Virus record (IMG/VR): IMGVR_UViG_3300021964_000087
Coordinates: 1 to 55,237 of that record
DNA from: a virus
Lineage: Duplodnaviria > Caudoviricetes
Strand: one strand, 5' to 3'
DNA: 55,237 nucleotides
Positions within the stretch are counted from its first letter, which is position 1; each line of letters starts with the position of its first letter. Of this stretch, positions 1 through 7,990 are shown piece after piece. The position numbers and the translations under genes are program-made. A model generated the notes under the pieces. The model saw nothing but the letters and a program-made list of their open reading frames with translations. It did no database searches and had not been told where the DNA came from.

Positions 1-56
1 GTTGAGCGATTTTGCTGTTCCGCTAGTTTTGCGCGGATTTCTGCTAATGATGCCAT
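1..56 (-). CDS. Single-stranded DNA-binding protein (T4 gp32-like), 5' end only; runs off the window
   Basis: Reverse strand reads MASLAEIRAKLAEQQNRS..., with SD AAGGAGG at 64-70 and a consensus promoter upstream. The N-terminus resembles gp32 homologues of T4-like phages, but only 18 codons are visible. Confidence 0.6.
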   Translation of the reverse strand, partial: MASLAEIRAKLAEQQNRS

Positions 57-116
57 TTTGTAGCCTCCTTTGTTTGCCTAATAAAAAATGTCATTTATGC
101 CTAATGCATACTTACT

Positions 117-145
117 ATTATATGCAATGTTATTTATCTTGTCAA
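117..145 (-). promoter_or_regulatory. Sigma70-type promoter (TTGACA-17-TATAAT) with a nested TAAATA late-promoter motif
   Basis: Minus strand: TTGACA agataaataacattgca TATAAT. Both hexamers are perfect with a 17-nt spacer, directly upstream of the gp32-like gene. Confidence 0.85.
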
Positions 146-187
146 CAGGAATTTTAACTAAAAGTGAATTTGTTTAACCAAACTAGG

Positions 188-397
188 TTAAATTTTTAGA
201 TCTGCACAAATTTCTATTTGTGTAACGGTTAGTTCTTTTAAATCTCGTTGGCAGTCTACGCCGTGTATTTCGATTGGTTCTAAAACAATATCTGGATCGC
301 CCCAGCGTTCGTCCCACGGTCCGTGCCAAATCAAAAAAGCAAAAACAACTAGAACAACTACAAGTCCCACAGGACTAGGTTGTGGTGCTTTGGCCAT
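188..397 (-). CDS. Small hypothetical membrane protein
   Basis: 69 aa with one hydrophobic stretch (VGLVVVLVVFAFLIW); SD AGGAG upstream. Confidence 0.65.
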   Translation of the reverse strand: MAKAPQPSPVGLVVVLVVFAFLIWHGPWDERWGDPDIVLEPIEIHGVDCQRDLKELTVTQIEICADLKI

Positions 398-408
398 ATT
401 ATAATCTC

Positions 409-573
409 CTAAACGCAGTCGCCTGTGTCTAATAATCTAATATAAACTCCCCGATCGTATTCTTTTTTAGACATCCATTCGCCTTTACTATAAACACAAA
501 AGGTTCCGTCTTGTGCATATGCTTGTTGTCCTTCAAACGGATCGGAAACTTCTTTTACTATAATTTCTTTCAT
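409..573 (-). CDS. Hypothetical protein (start revised to MKEIIVK)
   Basis: The ORF-track start at 609 lies inside a terminator hairpin. An AAGG SD-like site precedes the ATGs at 579/573. Confidence 0.55.
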   Translation of the reverse strand: MKEIIVKEVSDPFEGQQAYAQDGTFCVYSKGEWMSKKEYDRGVYIRLLDTGDCV

Positions 574-594
574 ATTCATTCCTTTTGGGAATTT

Positions 595-625
595 AAAAAA
601 CTGCTCCACCTTGTAGGCAGAGCAG
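595..625 (-). terminator. Rho-independent terminator downstream of pqqA
   Basis: Minus strand CTGCTCTGCCT-ACA-AGGTGGAGCAG followed by TTTTTT. Confidence 0.75.
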
Positions 626-643
626 GTGATACCTAAAACGCTA

Positions 644-715
644 TTACTTGTTCATTACATACATTGTAACTTCAAAGCCAAAGCGCATTTCTTCTGCTGT
701 AGGTTTAGTCCACAT
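644..715 (-). CDS. pqqA: Pyrroloquinoline quinone precursor peptide PqqA (23 aa, MWTKPTAEEMRFGFEVTMYVMNK)
   Basis: Translated by hand; below the ORF-track size cutoff. It has the PqqA pattern MW.KP.....R.GFEVTMY with the E-x-x-x-Y cross-link motif, a strong SD (AAGGAG), a double stop (TAA TAG) and its own terminator. Confidence 0.93.
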   Translation of the reverse strand: MWTKPTAEEMRFGFEVTMYVMNK

Positions 716-823
716 AATGTTTCTCCTTGTTAAGATTAAATTATGTAAACAGTTCACGGGAGAGATGAATCAGGTCCCGCTTGAGTCTACCAAAATAAAA
801 GTGCAACATTTCTGTTACACTCT

Positions 824-862
824 TATTTAATACTATTATAGATTGTTTTTAAGAAAAATCAA
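824..862 (-). promoter_or_regulatory. Tandem promoters for pqqA: sigma70-like (TTGATT-16-TATAAT, 835-862) and late-type TAAATA (824-829)
   Basis: Both motifs are read directly in the intergenic region upstream of pqqA. Confidence 0.6.
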
Positions 863-882
863 TAGTGAAAATCATTAAAACA

Positions 883-1464
883 CTATAAGCCTATATTAAA
901 ACTAATTGCTATTTTTTCTCCGGCTGGTTGAAGTCCATTACCGTGTAGCATATCATTTTTAAAAATTAAAAGAGTTCCGGGTAAGCATTCGAAGGCAATT
1001 TCTTCTGCTGTAAATAAATTTGGATTTTGCATCTGTATTTTGTATTGCTTTGGATCATCATAAAAATGTAAAAAACAATTCTGTGGTGCTTTTACATAGT
1101 ATACTCCTGATAATAAGCAATCTCCGTGATTATGCGGAAAGAGGAAATCATTTTCGTTACTAATATTAAACCACATTTTGTGAAACTTACACTCCTCTAT
1201 CAAATGATGATCATAATCAAGAGTTTTCATAAATTCAATTGAATAATCAAATATAGATTTTGATAGATAATTTAATTTAGGGTCTTTATTAAGTGTATTA
1301 ATAGTTTCTGCTGTTGAGTTAACATTTAGTGTATTTGATCTTTTAGTTTCATGTAATTCACAATAATTTTTTAGAACCTGTTCAGTTTCTGGGAGTTTAT
1401 CTAAGTGTAGATTTGGTATTTGATATACTGGTTTAGGGAATAAAGAATGTAATTTTGGTTCCAT
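883..1464 (-). CDS. 2OG-Fe(II) oxygenase, TIGR02466-like
   Basis: LFPKPVY N-terminus, WFN...PHNH...SGVYYV, G.LLIF...LH, and C-terminal IAISFNI; HxH...H iron triad. Confidence 0.8.
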   Translation of the reverse strand: MEPKLHSLFPKPVYQIPNLHLDKLPETEQVLKNYCELHETKRSNTLNVNSTAETINTLNKDPKLNYLSKSIFDYSIEFMKTLDYDHHLIEECKFHKMWFNISNENDFLFPHNHGDCLLSGVYYVKAPQNCFLHFYDDPKQYKIQMQNPNLFTAEEIAFECLPGTLLIFKNDMLHGNGLQPAGEKIAISFNIGL

Positions 1465-1508
1465 TAATGTTATTTAACACATAAACATTCTGGAACCAAA
1501 GAAAAAGA

Positions 1509-3689
1509 TTAAAAACCGCTAAGTGCTTTAATGCGTTCTAGTTCTTCTAGTTCTTCTGCGCCTTGTTCTTGTGCAGGTGCCATTCTCTCTACAAACTTAC
1601 GAGCAACCTGTTCAGCCTGTTCGCCAAACTTTTTGCCAACCATTGTGCATACGCCTTCTGGACCTTTTGGAAAAGTTCCTGTAGCACTATCATAAAAAGA
1701 TTTAATAAATTCTGCCACGCCTTCTAGTGTGTGTTCTTCACCATCTGATGTCTTAAACTTGGTGCCTTTTTTAGCGCCTTGTGACTTAAGGTCCTGAACT
1801 TTTTTACTGAATTCATTACCTTCAGTTTCTTGGCTTTCCATATCCATAACATCGCCTGCAATATCACCGTGAAACTCTTGACTGTCAATTTCGTGTCTCA
1901 CTTTATCAAAGCCATCTGTTTTAATCTTTTCAATATAGTCTTTGTAAATCATATCTGCATAGGATTCGTCTGGCTCATTGCTACCTGTGATTTCATCTTC
2001 AAGTCGTTTAATGCATTCTTCTTCATCGTTACAGTCTTGAATAATTTCCATTCCTGTAGTAACTGCTAAATCCCAAGCATTACCGCCTTCTGCAACTTCA
2101 ACTGATTCTTCTTTGTTAAGTAATTCTTCTTGATGTTTTTTAAGTTCTTCAATGCTATCAAACTCGCCTGTAATCTCATTGTCTTTAATGCTAAAGAATT
2201 TGCCATCTTTATTAATAGCAGCAAGTCCGTATTTGTTCATACCCATTGACATATCTTCTTGCTGTGGTTCAACTTCGTCTGCTCCAACTGCTGGCTCATC
2301 AACCATGTCGCCAAAATCCAATTGGTCAAGAACGTCAGGAGCATTTTCTTCTACCCAAGCCTTGACCATTGGACGAACGTCCTGTTCTGGCTCTGCCTTC
2401 TTGATGTCCTGTTCTAGTTTTGGATCTTCGATAATGCCTTCTAAACTTGTAATAGCATTTGTGCCATCTACGCCTGCTTGGAATTCCGTGTTTAGTAGTC
2501 CATTCAATTTTTTAATTAGGTCTGCCTTTTCTTCTTCGTCAGCCATTGTTAGAGGTGATTCCTCACCTAGGTTATTAACCCAACTTTCAAAGCCTGATAA
2601 TGGATCTTCTGAAACTTTTTCTTCTGATTGTTCTTCTTCTACTTTACCTGTCATCCCGACTATGTCGTCATAGCCTACACTCTCTTCTTCTTTCATTAAT
2701 CTGTATAATACTGGAAATACTGAAGTTAGGTCTTCCTTAAAGTTCTTAACCGTGAATTTTTCTTTGTATTCTTCCATCACGTCATCTGGAACTTCCATAG
2801 CCTCTGGTGCCTGGAATTCTGTTACATAGTTTTCATAGTGTGCTTGTTTTGATAGTCTAGCAACTCTTTCTCTTAGTCCATCCAATTGTGCCTTGCTGCG
2901 TTCAACGATGTTATTAGTGTCGGAGTTCATTAAATCGTTTCTCACGCAGTAGTTTGTAAAACTCTTTAGTTGTGCAATTTCTTCGCTCATCTTGATGATG
3001 CTTTCGCCGATAGCGTCATATGGTAACCCGCCGTTAGCCACGTGTCTCTGCATTGCTCTTGCACCCGCTAGGTGAATGAAAGGATACTTAAATCTTTCCC
3101 CGTCTTGATTTTCAACGAACAGTGCAGAAATATTTCTACTTCTATCACCTGGTTTTTGTTCAAAGTCATCAGCAAGTTTCTTGCTGTGCTTAATTATTAA
3201 TCTAGTGTCCATTAACTTCTGGAAACTCTGTGTCTTGGTTCCATAAAGATTACTCTCATTCATTACTGCTTCTCCGACGGGTTTTGTTATTGTATCGTTA
3301 TCCGATTGTGGTGTAGAGTGTTGGCTAAGGAACGCATAATCACGCTTATCTAAATTATCCTTTGCAATATCTCTAGTGTCAAACGCTAATAATCTGCGCT
3401 TTGCAAACATTCTTAATTCTTTTAGGAAACCATACCAATTGCCTTTTTGATCTTGATCCATTCCTTCGGTAATACCATTTGAAAAGTAAACCTTCATTGA
3501 ATTGGGTTCTGCTAAACTAATGCTTACATGTCCTATATTCTTGTCATTTTCTGTATAGTCAAAATCAAAGAATCTAGCATTTTCAGGATTGATCGTGATC
3601 TGTCCTGTTGCTTCGCCTAGTTTTAAACCTGTAAATCTACTTCTAATTTTATAGAAAAGATCTGTTGCTATATTATTGGTTGCATCCAT
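1509..3689 (-). CDS. Large acidic hypothetical protein (possible head-associated/internal protein)
   Basis: 726-aa ORF with an E/D-rich C-terminal half, next to the terminase, with a late-promoter motif 7 nt before ATG. Confidence 0.6.
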   Translation of the reverse strand: MDATNNIATDLFYKIRSRFTGLKLGEATGQITINPENARFFDFDYTENDKNIGHVSISLAEPNSMKVYFSNGITEGMDQDQKGNWYGFLKELRMFAKRRLLAFDTRDIAKDNLDKRDYAFLSQHSTPQSDNDTITKPVGEAVMNESNLYGTKTQSFQKLMDTRLIIKHSKKLADDFEQKPGDRSRNISALFVENQDGERFKYPFIHLAGARAMQRHVANGGLPYDAIGESIIKMSEEIAQLKSFTNYCVRNDLMNSDTNNIVERSKAQLDGLRERVARLSKQAHYENYVTEFQAPEAMEVPDDVMEEYKEKFTVKNFKEDLTSVFPVLYRLMKEEESVGYDDIVGMTGKVEEEQSEEKVSEDPLSGFESWVNNLGEESPLTMADEEEKADLIKKLNGLLNTEFQAGVDGTNAITSLEGIIEDPKLEQDIKKAEPEQDVRPMVKAWVEENAPDVLDQLDFGDMVDEPAVGADEVEPQQEDMSMGMNKYGLAAINKDGKFFSIKDNEITGEFDSIEELKKHQEELLNKEESVEVAEGGNAWDLAVTTGMEIIQDCNDEEECIKRLEDEITGSNEPDESYADMIYKDYIEKIKTDGFDKVRHEIDSQEFHGDIAGDVMDMESQETEGNEFSKKVQDLKSQGAKKGTKFKTSDGEEHTLEGVAEFIKSFYDSATGTFPKGPEGVCTMVGKKFGEQAEQVARKFVERMAPAQEQGAEELEELERIKALSGF

Positions 3690-3702
3690 AGTAAAGTATT
3701 TA

Positions 3703-5292
3703 TCAAAAACCGCCCGATACGAATATTGGCATTGGGAACTCGTCTTCTGTCATTCTCTCCGTCATTTTTTCATATATTTTTGGATCCCAATCAGCCAATT
3801 GATTAGCCATCCTTATGATCAATAGGCAAGCACTTACTAAATCGTCGTGTTCACCTGTTTTAGCATTGTAACCAACACCCGTGGCCACAAATGTCTTTAA
3901 TTCCGATATCAGTGGTTTACTGTTTATCTTCATTTTGTTCTTTTCGATTGCGTTTTTAAATCCGCTACATGCTGTAATTTTAGTCTTGTGTGTTGTGTTA
4001 TATCCTTTACGGAATCTTCTTACATGACCTTTTCTAATTGGTTCGCTTAAGAATAATCCGTGAAAGTTTTCTTCGCCGATGTCCTTAATTACAACAAGTG
4101 CTGCTTCACCTATGGAATTATTTTCACAACTGTAATATATTGTTGGGTTAGCATTCCCTCCAGCAACCTGTTCGTCATATATGTATTTTAGAATACTTTT
4201 TAAATGTCTAATCTGTTGTTGCACAGGAGTAAGGTTATGTCTCCATTCTCCCACTTGTTCCATTGAAGGCATTTCAAATATCTGTATTGCGGCATAGTCG
4301 CCGCCTGTTCCTAGACTAGGATCAAGTGCTAACAAATAAGTTGCTTTAGGATTAATTTTCTTATACCAGCGTGTCTGCCCCATATTCTGAATAGGTTCCA
4401 TGCCTTCTAGTTCTGCAAGTTTAACACTGTTGATTAAGGTTTCATCAAAGATCAAGAATTCGCAGTCAAACTCACGACGGAATCTTTCTTCTCCGATCTT
4501 GGCACGTTCTTCCTGTGCCCATGCTTCATCTCTGTCTGGATGTTCTACCCAGGGTGCGAAGAATGGGAAGAAACCATTTGTGCCTACCACATTGTCATTG
4601 CCATACTCGTCAAATTTTTTGTTTGCTTCGGTCCATATCTGTGCAAATTGGTCCTCGTCCGAGTTTGGTGTGCTTGTAACGATTGCCTTACCACCCGTTG
4701 ATAGTGTAGGTGAAAGTGCAGTCCAAAACTCTCGAGCCTTTTCGGGCGGTTGCACGAATGCAAACTCATCACAGTATATTAATGAAAGTGATTTACCACG
4801 TCCAGTATCTTCTGTTGTGGTAGTTGCCTGTATTCTACTGCCATTATCAAACTCAATTGTGTTTCTGTTGTATGTATAAATGCCTGCACGAATAAAGTCT
4901 GGCAAATTCTCATATCCAAATCTATATCTGTTCATAATGTCCTGCGCACCCGTATACTTGTGTGCAGCAATTAGGACCTGTGCTTCAGGAGTAAACATGC
5001 AATACCATAATAGGTATGCAGCAGCACATGTGGTCTTACCCATCTGTCTTGGCAGCATGGCAATTGTGTATCTATGATCGTGGTATGCCCTTAATAGATC
5101 TTCCTGATATCCATAGGGTTCAAATCGCATGCTCCCCTTGGTAGGGTGCTGAATCTTTATGAAGTTTTTTGCAAAATATAACGGACCGTCAACAGGATCC
5201 ATACACTTTTCCAAGTGAGTAAGTTCCTCTATAGTGTATTTTACTTGACTGTGCGCCTTCTTAATTTGGACGCCATCTAAACTCTTTGCCAT
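3703..5292 (-). CDS. Terminase large subunit (T4 gp17-like)
   Basis: Walker A PRQMGKT, Walker B YCDEFAF, motif III TSTPN, FRREFDCEF, and RNase H-like nuclease residues (LALDP...HDDLV). Confidence 0.95.
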   Translation of the reverse strand: MAKSLDGVQIKKAHSQVKYTIEELTHLEKCMDPVDGPLYFAKNFIKIQHPTKGSMRFEPYGYQEDLLRAYHDHRYTIAMLPRQMGKTTCAAAYLLWYCMFTPEAQVLIAAHKYTGAQDIMNRYRFGYENLPDFIRAGIYTYNRNTIEFDNGSRIQATTTTEDTGRGKSLSLIYCDEFAFVQPPEKAREFWTALSPTLSTGGKAIVTSTPNSDEDQFAQIWTEANKKFDEYGNDNVVGTNGFFPFFAPWVEHPDRDEAWAQEERAKIGEERFRREFDCEFLIFDETLINSVKLAELEGMEPIQNMGQTRWYKKINPKATYLLALDPSLGTGGDYAAIQIFEMPSMEQVGEWRHNLTPVQQQIRHLKSILKYIYDEQVAGGNANPTIYYSCENNSIGEAALVVIKDIGEENFHGLFLSEPIRKGHVRRFRKGYNTTHKTKITACSGFKNAIEKNKMKINSKPLISELKTFVATGVGYNAKTGEHDDLVSACLLIIRMANQLADWDPKIYEKMTERMTEDEFPMPIFVSGGF

Positions 5293-5297
5293 ACTAG

Positions 5298-5334
5298 TAT
5301 TTACTCAAAAAAATAGGGCCCGGAGGCCCTATTT
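5298..5334 (-). terminator. Intrinsic terminator (5307-5334) immediately followed by a TAAATA late promoter (5298-5303) for the terminase gene
   Basis: AAATAGGGCC-TCCG-GGCCCTATTT plus T-run, then gagTAAATActagtATG. Confidence 0.8.
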
Positions 5335-5356
5335 GGATTAGTATGAAAACGTTATA

Positions 5357-6043
5357 TTATGCTGGGCCTTCTAGTGTATAGGTTACACCAGTTGGTGTTC
5401 CAGCAGTCGTTGATATTGCTGCGCCGCCTGCTGTTGCAGATAATGTAAATGTTGTTGATTCATTTGTTGCAATTATATGATAAGTTGTAGGATCACTATA
5501 TCCAGAAATTGCGCCGCCGCCGCCTAATGTTCCGGCAATGGTTAATCTCTGTCCTACTTCTAATGCACCTTGTGTATCTGTGCAAGTAAATTGGCCTGCT
5601 GTTCCCGCAATAACTACACTAGATAACGTTGTTGCAATACTAACAGAAGTTGCCGGAGTCACGGTAGAACCACTAATATCAATATCATTTGGACCGATCG
5701 AAGTGGTTGATGCGCCTCTATCTTTTCCAATTCTTCTAATGCGTGTTTGTAATTCTGCAGCATCTGATTTATTAATGTCTAATGTAATAAACATTGTTCC
5801 TGAATTATCATCAACAACAAAAAACGACATAGGATTTAATTCACTAACAATTGCCTGGACCGCTTCTCTTGAAGCGTCGTCTTCCGCTCTTAGGTCAATA
5901 GCAGATGCGCCTGTATCTTTTATCACAATTTTGTATTGTTTACAATACGGATGATAATTTACATTAACCGTATTATCTAATCCGTTGGCTAAGACTAATA
6001 TTGAACTGCCGCCGCCGATTTGTGTGGTTGTTAAATCTGCCAT
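5357..6043 (-). CDS. Putative virion structural/decoration protein
   Basis: Thr/Gly/Ala-rich C-terminal beta module (TTYHIIATNESTTFTLSATAGG) similar to modules in the 2574-aa tail protein. Confidence 0.55.
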   Translation of the reverse strand: MADLTTTQIGGGSSILVLANGLDNTVNVNYHPYCKQYKIVIKDTGASAIDLRAEDDASREAVQAIVSELNPMSFFVVDDNSGTMFITLDINKSDAAELQTRIRRIGKDRGASTTSIGPNDIDISGSTVTPATSVSIATTLSSVVIAGTAGQFTCTDTQGALEVGQRLTIAGTLGGGGAISGYSDPTTYHIIATNESTTFTLSATAGGAAISTTAGTPTGVTYTLEGPA

Positions 6044-6044
6044 A

Positions 6045-6833
6045 TTATTTTGCTCCTTTAGTTTCTTCTAGTGCTTGTAGAAGTTGATTTCTAATAGAAG
6101 CACGTAGGTCTTCACCTTCTTTCACACGCTGCATTGGATTGTCACCGCCAGCAACCTTAGGATGTGTTCCCTTCATTCTGTTCATGCCGCCTGACATCTT
6201 CTTAGTCATGAAATGAATATCTCTTTCATCTTCATCAGGCTCGTTTTCCCATGCTTCGTCTTTTTCTTTTTTCTCCATGTCATGGTCATCCATGTCATGA
6301 TCACCGTCATTGTCTCTATCAACTGACTTGTGAAGTTTTTCTTCCTCGTCATGATCTTTTTCATGGCGATCTAATTTACCGTCATCATCATAATCGTTGT
6401 CTTCACCTTCGTCGCCCATTGCTTTAATAGCAACCATATCGTCTTCACCGCCTGGCATGTCGTCATTGTCGCCGTCGAAGTCTGGAATTAGTTTATTAAT
6501 AGGTTTAGGCATTGGAGGTCCTTCTGGTGCATCCATTGGTCCATCCATTGGTCCATCCATTCCCGGTGCCATGATAGATAATGTAGGCATCTCTGGCTTT
6601 TCCGGTTGATTGATCATATCCGGATTAACTTTTGTCATTAATCTTAATACATCATCAATAGCGTCACCTTGTGCATTAATGTTAATGCTCATCGAGGCCT
6701 TGTCCTTAGGCTCTGGTGTAGGCATATTTGGTGCCATTGGCATTCCGCATTCTTCTGTGCTTTGCTCTACAGGTGCCTCTGTCTTTACTGTATCCAGTTC
6801 CTGCATTTTGGCTAATAATTCATTAAAGTTCAT
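6045..6833 (-). CDS. Acidic low-complexity protein with EF-hand-like DxDxDG loops
   Basis: DYDDDGKLDRHE, DRDNDGDHDMDD, DFDGDND; Met/Pro-rich MDGP repeats. Confidence 0.65.
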   Translation of the reverse strand: MNFNELLAKMQELDTVKTEAPVEQSTEECGMPMAPNMPTPEPKDKASMSININAQGDAIDDVLRLMTKVNPDMINQPEKPEMPTLSIMAPGMDGPMDGPMDAPEGPPMPKPINKLIPDFDGDNDDMPGGEDDMVAIKAMGDEGEDNDYDDDGKLDRHEKDHDEEEKLHKSVDRDNDGDHDMDDHDMEKKEKDEAWENEPDEDERDIHFMTKKMSGGMNRMKGTHPKVAGGDNPMQRVKEGEDLRASIRNQLLQALEETKGAK

Positions 6834-6834
6834 A

Positions 6835-7425
6835 TTAGTTACTCCCTACAGGACTTTTTACCCCTGCTTTATCTTGTTTTAATTTTGGTGTATCCTGATA
6901 AACATCTGCTTTTAGTTTATCAGTCCCTAATTCTTTTTTTCTTTCTTTTGCTTCTTTAGAAAGTTCTTTTAAAAATCCTTTGTTAAAGTCGTCACCAAAA
7001 TATTCCTTGTGTTTAACTTTCACGCCATCCTTATATTCGTTGTCGTGTAGTAATGCACCTTCATAATCTACATTAGACCCTGCTGTAATTTGATCAATTT
7101 CAGTAGGACTAGCACTGTTTCTTACCTTATAGTAACCTGCTTGACAACAGTCCATTTCAAAAATTTCTTTTTCAATTTCTGTTGTAGTTAGTGGATATTC
7201 AGTCATTACATCAAACATATGAACTTCCATATTCTTAAGTTCTGGAAAATCATGTGGTAGTTCAACAACAGGAGTAGACTTCATCTGTTCAAACTGCATA
7301 ATACCGCGACCTTCCAATCTTGCTTTTAATTCGTCGGCAAAACCTTCAGGCAAGTCACCAGCAATTTTAACCTTAAAACTATAGGTTTTTTTGCTTTCTG
7401 TCAAATATTCTTTAAACGTCTTCAT
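6835..7425 (-). CDS. Hypothetical protein with a T4-like capsid-targeting N-terminus (possible internal head protein)
   Basis: MKTFKEYLTE resembles the T4 internal-protein capsid-targeting sequence MKTYQEFIAE; late motif 5 nt upstream. Confidence 0.55.
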   Translation of the reverse strand: MKTFKEYLTESKKTYSFKVKIAGDLPEGFADELKARLEGRGIMQFEQMKSTPVVELPHDFPELKNMEVHMFDVMTEYPLTTTEIEKEIFEMDCCQAGYYKVRNSASPTEIDQITAGSNVDYEGALLHDNEYKDGVKVKHKEYFGDDFNKGFLKELSKEAKERKKELGTDKLKADVYQDTPKLKQDKAGVKSPVGSN

Positions 7426-7433
7426 ATGTGTAT

Positions 7434-7952
7434 TTATTCCTTTTCGCTTAATTTCTTAATTAATTCATTGCGATCTAGCATAACATATCCCTTTCCATCC
7501 AATACATCGTTAGGATCTTCTGGGGAATCCTTATCAATTTTAAGTTTTTTAAGTTGTAGATCAACTGCTTTTAATTTTTTATCCACTTTTGCTGTTTTGG
7601 CATCAATAGCGTTTTTCAGCATGCTGCTAGCCACTTCGAATATCCGGCCGCTATATCTTACTTCAACATTCATGCCCAAATCCATTAAATCATCGTATGC
7701 TTGTTCTGCTTTTGTGGCTAGATGATCCAGATCTTTTTCTTCCAATTCGGCAAGTTCGCGCATTTGTGGCAAATCTTTTGTAATATTTTGGACAGCACGA
7801 TAACTGTCATCCACGCTTCTAACCTGTTGGTGCTTTTCCTCAACTTCTTCTGCTGTTATTTCCGTTGTAGTGGGTTCAGCAGATTGATTTTCCTGCTCAA
7901 CTGCGGGTTCTTTGTCTTCTAGATTGAATAATTCTTCTAATTTTTTCGTCAT
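7434..7952 (-). CDS. Probable terminase small subunit (gp16-like)
   Basis: Helical 172-aa protein. GRIFEVASSMLK resembles the PRxxEV motif of gp16 homologues; near gp17. Confidence 0.5.
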   Translation of the reverse strand: MTKKLEELFNLEDKEPAVEQENQSAEPTTTEITAEEVEEKHQQVRSVDDSYRAVQNITKDLPQMRELAELEEKDLDHLATKAEQAYDDLMDLGMNVEVRYSGRIFEVASSMLKNAIDAKTAKVDKKLKAVDLQLKKLKIDKDSPEDPNDVLDGKGYVMLDRNELIKKLSEKE

Positions 7953-7990
7953 ATTAACACCAATAGTATTTAACCGTATTACAGGCTCTG

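Noticed and set aside
648-830. 60-aa plus-strand ORF from the track
   Set aside because: Antisense to pqqA and its leader, TTG start, no SD; the minus-strand peptide has all the expression signals.
6530-6560. 12-bp tandem repeat (TCCATTGGTCCA)
   Set aside because: An in-frame MDGP low-complexity repeat in a disordered linker; no evidence of phase variation.
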